Positions 57,511-64,000 of a stretch of 64,000 nucleotides of DNA are shown here, piece after piece. The first letter of the stretch is position 1. Every line of letters begins with the position of its first letter. Position numbers and translations under genes: made by a program. The stretch is from the human T2T-CHM13v2.0 reference genome, Homo sapiens. The notes under the pieces were generated by a model. That model did no database searches, was not told the origin of the DNA, and was given only the letters and a program-made list of their open reading frames with translations. The stretch lies in the NCBI RefSeq assembly GCF_009914755.1, contig NC_060947.1, one strand, 5' to 3'.

Positions 57511-58034
57511 AAGAGGAATGTTTTCCACTTTAGGGGGAACTGTGTTCTTCTGGGAGTCTCGTTAAGTTTTCCACTCTCTTGATAGAAAAAGCACATTTGC
57601 AAGTACCTGTAACAAAACAGTGTTACCTTGCATTTTCAAATGGATACATGCATTCACCGAAATGGTTACCAAGTTGCAACACCTCAGAGGAAGAGTGAAT
57701 CTCCCCTGGACGGGGTCCCTTTGTGTTCCTGTTGGGGTACATAATGAAAAGCACATTGGGCTTAAACTTCATGTGAAACAACTCAATGTGTTTCATTTAT
57801 TTCTGCTTTTCATGCTCAACTCTTACTCTTGCCGCTGACAGTTTCAAACATTCTCTGCATTTGCAGCCTCCTATGACTAACAATGGATACAAAGTGGATG
57901 AACTAACGTAAATAGATTTCAAAATAATTTCAATAAGAAAATTATTGGCCTCCTTTTCCATCTCTTATTTTTCCTCCTCCTCCTCCTGTTTCTTCTTAAC
58001 TCGTACTATCTGTGTTAATTTTTTTAAGTGGTAA

Positions 58035-58388
<354 letters not shown>

Positions 58389-59276
58389 TCACTAAAAAAT
58401 TTGACCACTTCTCCTTGTAAAGTCTTATTCTTACCTTGGTGTTATCAGAACTAACAAAAACAATTCAGGCGATTATTAGTTTAAGATTCTCAAGAGAGGC
58501 ATATTTCTTTGAAATTATTTAAATAAAAATGTAGATTAATTGCTGTGGAAATGAGAACACATAATCACTTTAGATATTGGTGAAAAATCCTCGAGGCAAC
58601 ATTAAAGTATTCAGAATTCAGAGACTACATACACTAAATTATGTTTTCTCAATGTCCTTTTTTTTCTGGAAAACCTGTTGACATGAAATTAGATTTAGAA
58701 ACATATGTCTTTTTTATATAATCACAATTAAATGATTTTTAATATACTTAAATTTCTCTGACATTTTTGCGTATGCTTTTTAAATTTTACTTAACCTAAA
58801 CTCTTCACTAGATGTATATCTTTTATTTGTGTAATTGTTGATAAAGTATTAACTGGCAATGAAAAAAATGTATTTTGAAGTTCTAAATCCTAAAAATATG
58901 TTCTCATTCTTAATGATGGTCAGGACACATATTTTTATTAATAGTAAGCCATACTTAGGCTTAACAAATCTGCTATCTCATGGGAGGATAAACAGAAGTG
59001 GAATAAAAGCTCATGTCAAACATACACCACAACAAAACTGCACTTGCTTACATCTTAGCAAAGACAATGGCTGGAGAGAGCTGTACGGCCAAATCAGTAC
59101 CTGTTGCTGGTGTGTTCTGCCTTGGTGTGGCTTAATTTATTAATTTCCATCCTGTATAATAAATAGCCGAGAGCAAGCCCTGTGACCGTCTGGATAGGTG
59201 GTTTCATGAGATGGAGATCTAATCATGAAGAAATTTTGGATCACAGCCATAGGAAGTTAAATAGCAACTTGGTTGG

Positions 59277-59716
59277 TGATATGGTTTGGCTGTGTCCCCA
59301 CCCAAATCTCATCTTGAATTGTAGCTCCTTTTGGATCACAGCCATAGGAAGTTAAATAGCAACTTGGTCGGTTGATATGGTTTGGCTGTGCCCCCACCCA
59401 AATCTCATCTTGAATTGTAGCTCCCATAATCCCCATGTGTCATGGGAGAGACCTGGTGGGAGGTAATTGAATCATGGGGGTGATTACCCACATGCTGCTG
59501 TTCTCAAAATAGTGAGTTCTCGCTAGATCCGTTGGTTTTATAGGGGGCTCTTCCCCTTTTGCTCAGCAGTTCTCCTTTGCTTCCCCTTCCACCACGATTG
59601 TAAGTTTCCTGAGGCCCCCAGCCATGCTGAACTGTAAGTCAATTAAGCCTCTTTCCTTTTTAAATTATCCAGTCTCAAGTACGTCTTTATTAGCAGTGTG
59701 AGAACAAATTAATATA
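59277..59716 (+). mobile_element. THE1-type MaLR LTR with duplicated 5' junction
   Basis: TGATATGGTTTGGCTGTG.CCCCACCCAAATCTCATCTTGAATTGTAGCTCC occurs twice; ends GAGAACAAATTAATATA. Confidence 0.92.
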
Positions 59717-59739
59717 ATTGGCCAATGGGAATCATGTGA

Positions 59740-60289
<550 letters not shown>

Positions 60290-60605
60290 CCAGCATCTGC
60301 TTTGGGGGAGGCCTTAGGTAGCTTCCACTCCGCGGTGGAAGGGGAAGGGGAGCTGATGTGTGCAGAGATCACAGGAAGAGAGTGGAAATGAGAGAAAGAG
60401 GGGGAAATGCCAGGCTCTTTTTAACAACCAGCTCTAGTGGGAATGAATAGAGAAGAACTCACTCCCCTGTCCTCCAGGAAAGACATTAATCTGTTCATGA
60501 GGGACCCACCTTTATGACCCAAATACCTCTCATTATGCTTCATCTTCAACATTGCAATCACATTTCAATGTGAGGTTTGTGGGGTCAAACAGACAAACTA
60601 CAGCA
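60290..60605 (-). mobile_element. MST-type MaLR LTR fragment
   Basis: CCAGCATCTGCT..GGAGGCCT..CCAGGCTCTTTTTAACAACCAGCTC..CAAACTACAGCA. Confidence 0.8.
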
Positions 60606-60972
60606 GAGAGTAATATAAATGCCAGGGAAGCTTTTGTATTTTTTGAAGCAAGCATTTTTTAAGCAAAATAATGTGTAACCATATTAAAATGAATCTACTA
60701 CATTTATTGTTTAAATCAGTTTTTCTTTTCTCTGAAATTGCTAAATTTCTGTTTAGGCATTATTTACTAAGGAAATTCATACTCAAGGCACTTGAAAATA
60801 TTTGGTGGTGGTTGTTATTTAATTTTTTTGCAGGGGGTGTTTCTTTGAGAATTGCAAGTGGAGTTAGATTTTTAAACACACACAAAACACACAGGAAGGC
60901 ACCAAACAACACCATGATTTTACCTGTCTTGTATAATCCTACTATGTTATTCTAATTCTCTTATTCTCCTCC

Positions 60973-61255
60973 TTTTTATTTTATTTTTAAAAATATTTAT
61001 TTATTTATTTATTTTTGAGATGGAGTCTTGCTCTGTTGCTCAGGCTGGAGTGCAGTCACAGGATCTCAGCTCACCACAACCTCCGCCTCCTGGGTTCAAG
61101 TGATTCTCCTGCCTCAGCCTCCTGAGTAGCTGAGATTACAGGCATGCACCACCATGCCCAGCTAATTTTTTATATTGTTTTGGTAGAGATGGCATTTTGC
61201 CATGCCAACCAGGCTGGTCTCGAACTCATTTCCTCAGTTGATCCACCCACCTGTG
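60973..61255 (-). mobile_element. Alu, 5'-truncated
   Basis: Reverse Alu ending GATCCACCCACCT. Confidence 0.93.
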
Positions 61256-61822
61256 CCCATTGCTGCTTCCTCTTTCTCTTCTTGGCTGAGGAAAGCAGAA
61301 ACGCCAGTTAATCATTGTTATAGCACGTAGAAATCTGCAGGAAAAACCTATAGCCTTGGATCACAGCGAAAAGAAAGAAGGCTCTTAAATATGACTGAGG
61401 TCAGTCTAAAGGACTTCTCAAACAGGAAGGAGCCCATACTTCAAGCAGGTTTATTTTCATCATGTCCACTAACATCCTGCAGGGAAAAACAAGTTTTGAG
61501 GCGACTCTCAACATCAGCAAAGATGACCAAGAGCAACACAATTTGAAACAAGAATAATGACTGCAGTGGATCAAAACAGATTTAAAAGGGTTAATAATGA
61601 TACACCTATCCTCCCTCAACACCAGAAAAAAAAGATGAAAAAAATTTAAACTTCAGTTTTATTGGGTTCTAGGAATTATTAGAGTTTAGAAATGTTATGT
61701 AAGCAGATACTAACTTCTCTCTTCCGAAATCTACACTGATGTTAGTTTGGCCATGAAACTTGCTTGGTCCAATGGAATTGGAAAATATATAATTCAAAAA
61801 TCTAAACCATTAGAATTTTGAT

Positions 61823-62129
61823 TTTTTATTTTTATTTTTTTTGAGACAGAGTCTTGCTCTGTTGCACAGGCTAGATGGAGTGCAGTGGCATGATCTTGGC
61901 TCACTGCAACCTCTGCCTTGAGGGTTCAAGTGATTCTCCTGCCTCAGCCTCCTGAGTAGCTGGGATTATAGGCACTCACCATGACACTTGGCTAATTTTT
62001 TGCATTTTTAGTAGACACAGGGTTTCACTATATTGGCCAGGCTGGTCTGGCACTCCTGGCCTCAAGTGATCTGCCTGCCTCGTCCTCCCAAATTGCTGAG
62101 ATTACAGGCACGAGCCACTGTACCCAGCC
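61823..62129 (-). mobile_element. Alu (AluS-like)
   Basis: Full-length reverse Alu. Confidence 0.95.
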
Positions 62130-62149
62130 TGAAATTTTATTTTATTTTT

Positions 62150-63032
<883 letters not shown>

Positions 63033-63313
63033 GGATATTACTGGATGTGACGCAAATAAAGTTGCTTGAAGTGAACTTTCATAGTAAAACCTGCCCTCCT
63101 GTAATTCTGCCATTGCTATAATGAAAAGACATAGTCCACTGCTTCAAGTAGGTAGGAGCTATGTGGGTTTGCCCTGGAAGTAACCTGTTGCTTGGAATCA
63201 AGCCCAAGTCTAGGACAGCTAATTCCAGAGCCTATTTCTGGTAGAAACACCGGAAATGAGTGGGAATCAGTATCTTTTTTTGTTGGATGTTGAGATGGCT
63301 TATTATACAGCAT

Positions 63314-64000
63314 TGCTATGGGCTCAATGTTTGGGTCCCTCCTAAAATGTATACGGTGAAGTCCTCTGACATGGTTTGGCTGTGTCCTCACCCACATCTC
63401 ATCTTGAAATGTAGGTACCATAATTCTCACGTGTTGTGGGAGGACCCGGGGCAAGTAGTTGAATAATGGGGTGGGTCTTTCCTGTGCTGTTCTCATGCTA
63501 GTGAATAAGTCTCATGACATCTGATGGTTTTATAAATGAGAGTTCCCCTGCACATGCTCTCATGCCTGCTGCTATGTAAGACGTGACTTTGCTCTTCATC
63601 CACCTTCAGCCATTATTGTGATGCCTCCCCAGCCATGTGGAACTGTGAGTTCATTAAACCTCTTTTTCTTTATAAATTACCCAGTTCTGAATATGTCTTT
63701 ATTAGTAGCCTGAGAACAGACTAATACACCCTCATTCCCAATGGAATGGCCTTGGGAGATAGGGCCTTTCAGAGATAATCATGTTTAGATGAGATTATGA
63801 AGGTCTTGCCCCCATGATGCAATTAGTGTCCTTATAAGAAGAGGAAGCAGTATCAGAGCTTTCTCTGTGACAAGAAGGCAGCCATCTGCAAGCCAAGAAA
63901 GGAGCACTCAATGGGAAACCAAATGGGCAAACACCCTGCTCATGGACTTACCTGCTCCAGAACTGTGAGAAAGTACGTGTCTGTTGTATAAGCCCCCAGG
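63314..64000 (+). mobile_element. MLT1A-like LTR interrupted by THE1
   Basis: TGCTATGGGCTCAATGTTTGGGTCCC..; ATTAGTGTCCTTATAAGAAGAG; GGCAGCCATCTGCAAGCCAAG. Confidence 0.85.
63367..63728 (+). mobile_element. THE1-type solo LTR nested in MLT1A
   Basis: TGACATGGTTTGGCTGTGTCC...GAACAGACTAATACA; TSD TCCTC / CCCTC. Confidence 0.93.

Overview
Primate, most likely human, non-coding genomic DNA. It is AT-rich and made largely of interspersed repeats: about 30 Alu copies or fragments, L1 fragments from very young to ancient, MaLR, ERV1 and ERVK LTRs, MIR, L2, one MER1 DNA transposon and many simple repeats. I see no host protein-coding exon, RNA gene or CRISPR array. Nearly all listed ORFs are artefacts of Alu, L1 or microsatellite sequence. 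The only substantial coding remnant is a 4.6-kb two-LTR provirus on the minus strand (38004-42576). It has a class III (ERV-L-like) pol with RNase H, integrase and dUTPase, an 18-nt PBS matching tRNA-Ser as I recall it, and a compact single-frame env with CWLC and ISD motifs, which points to an HERV-S/HERVL66-like element. Its leader, gag, pro and RT are deleted exactly from the end of the PBS. Other points of interest are a very young L1 with mixed diagnostic bases, a possibly L1-retroposed LTR, a templated Alu-junction insertion, a cryptic ~260-bp tandem array and several template-switch scars. Repeat family names come from my memory of consensus sequences and need RepeatMasker/Dfam confirmation. 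I found no convincing new biological system.
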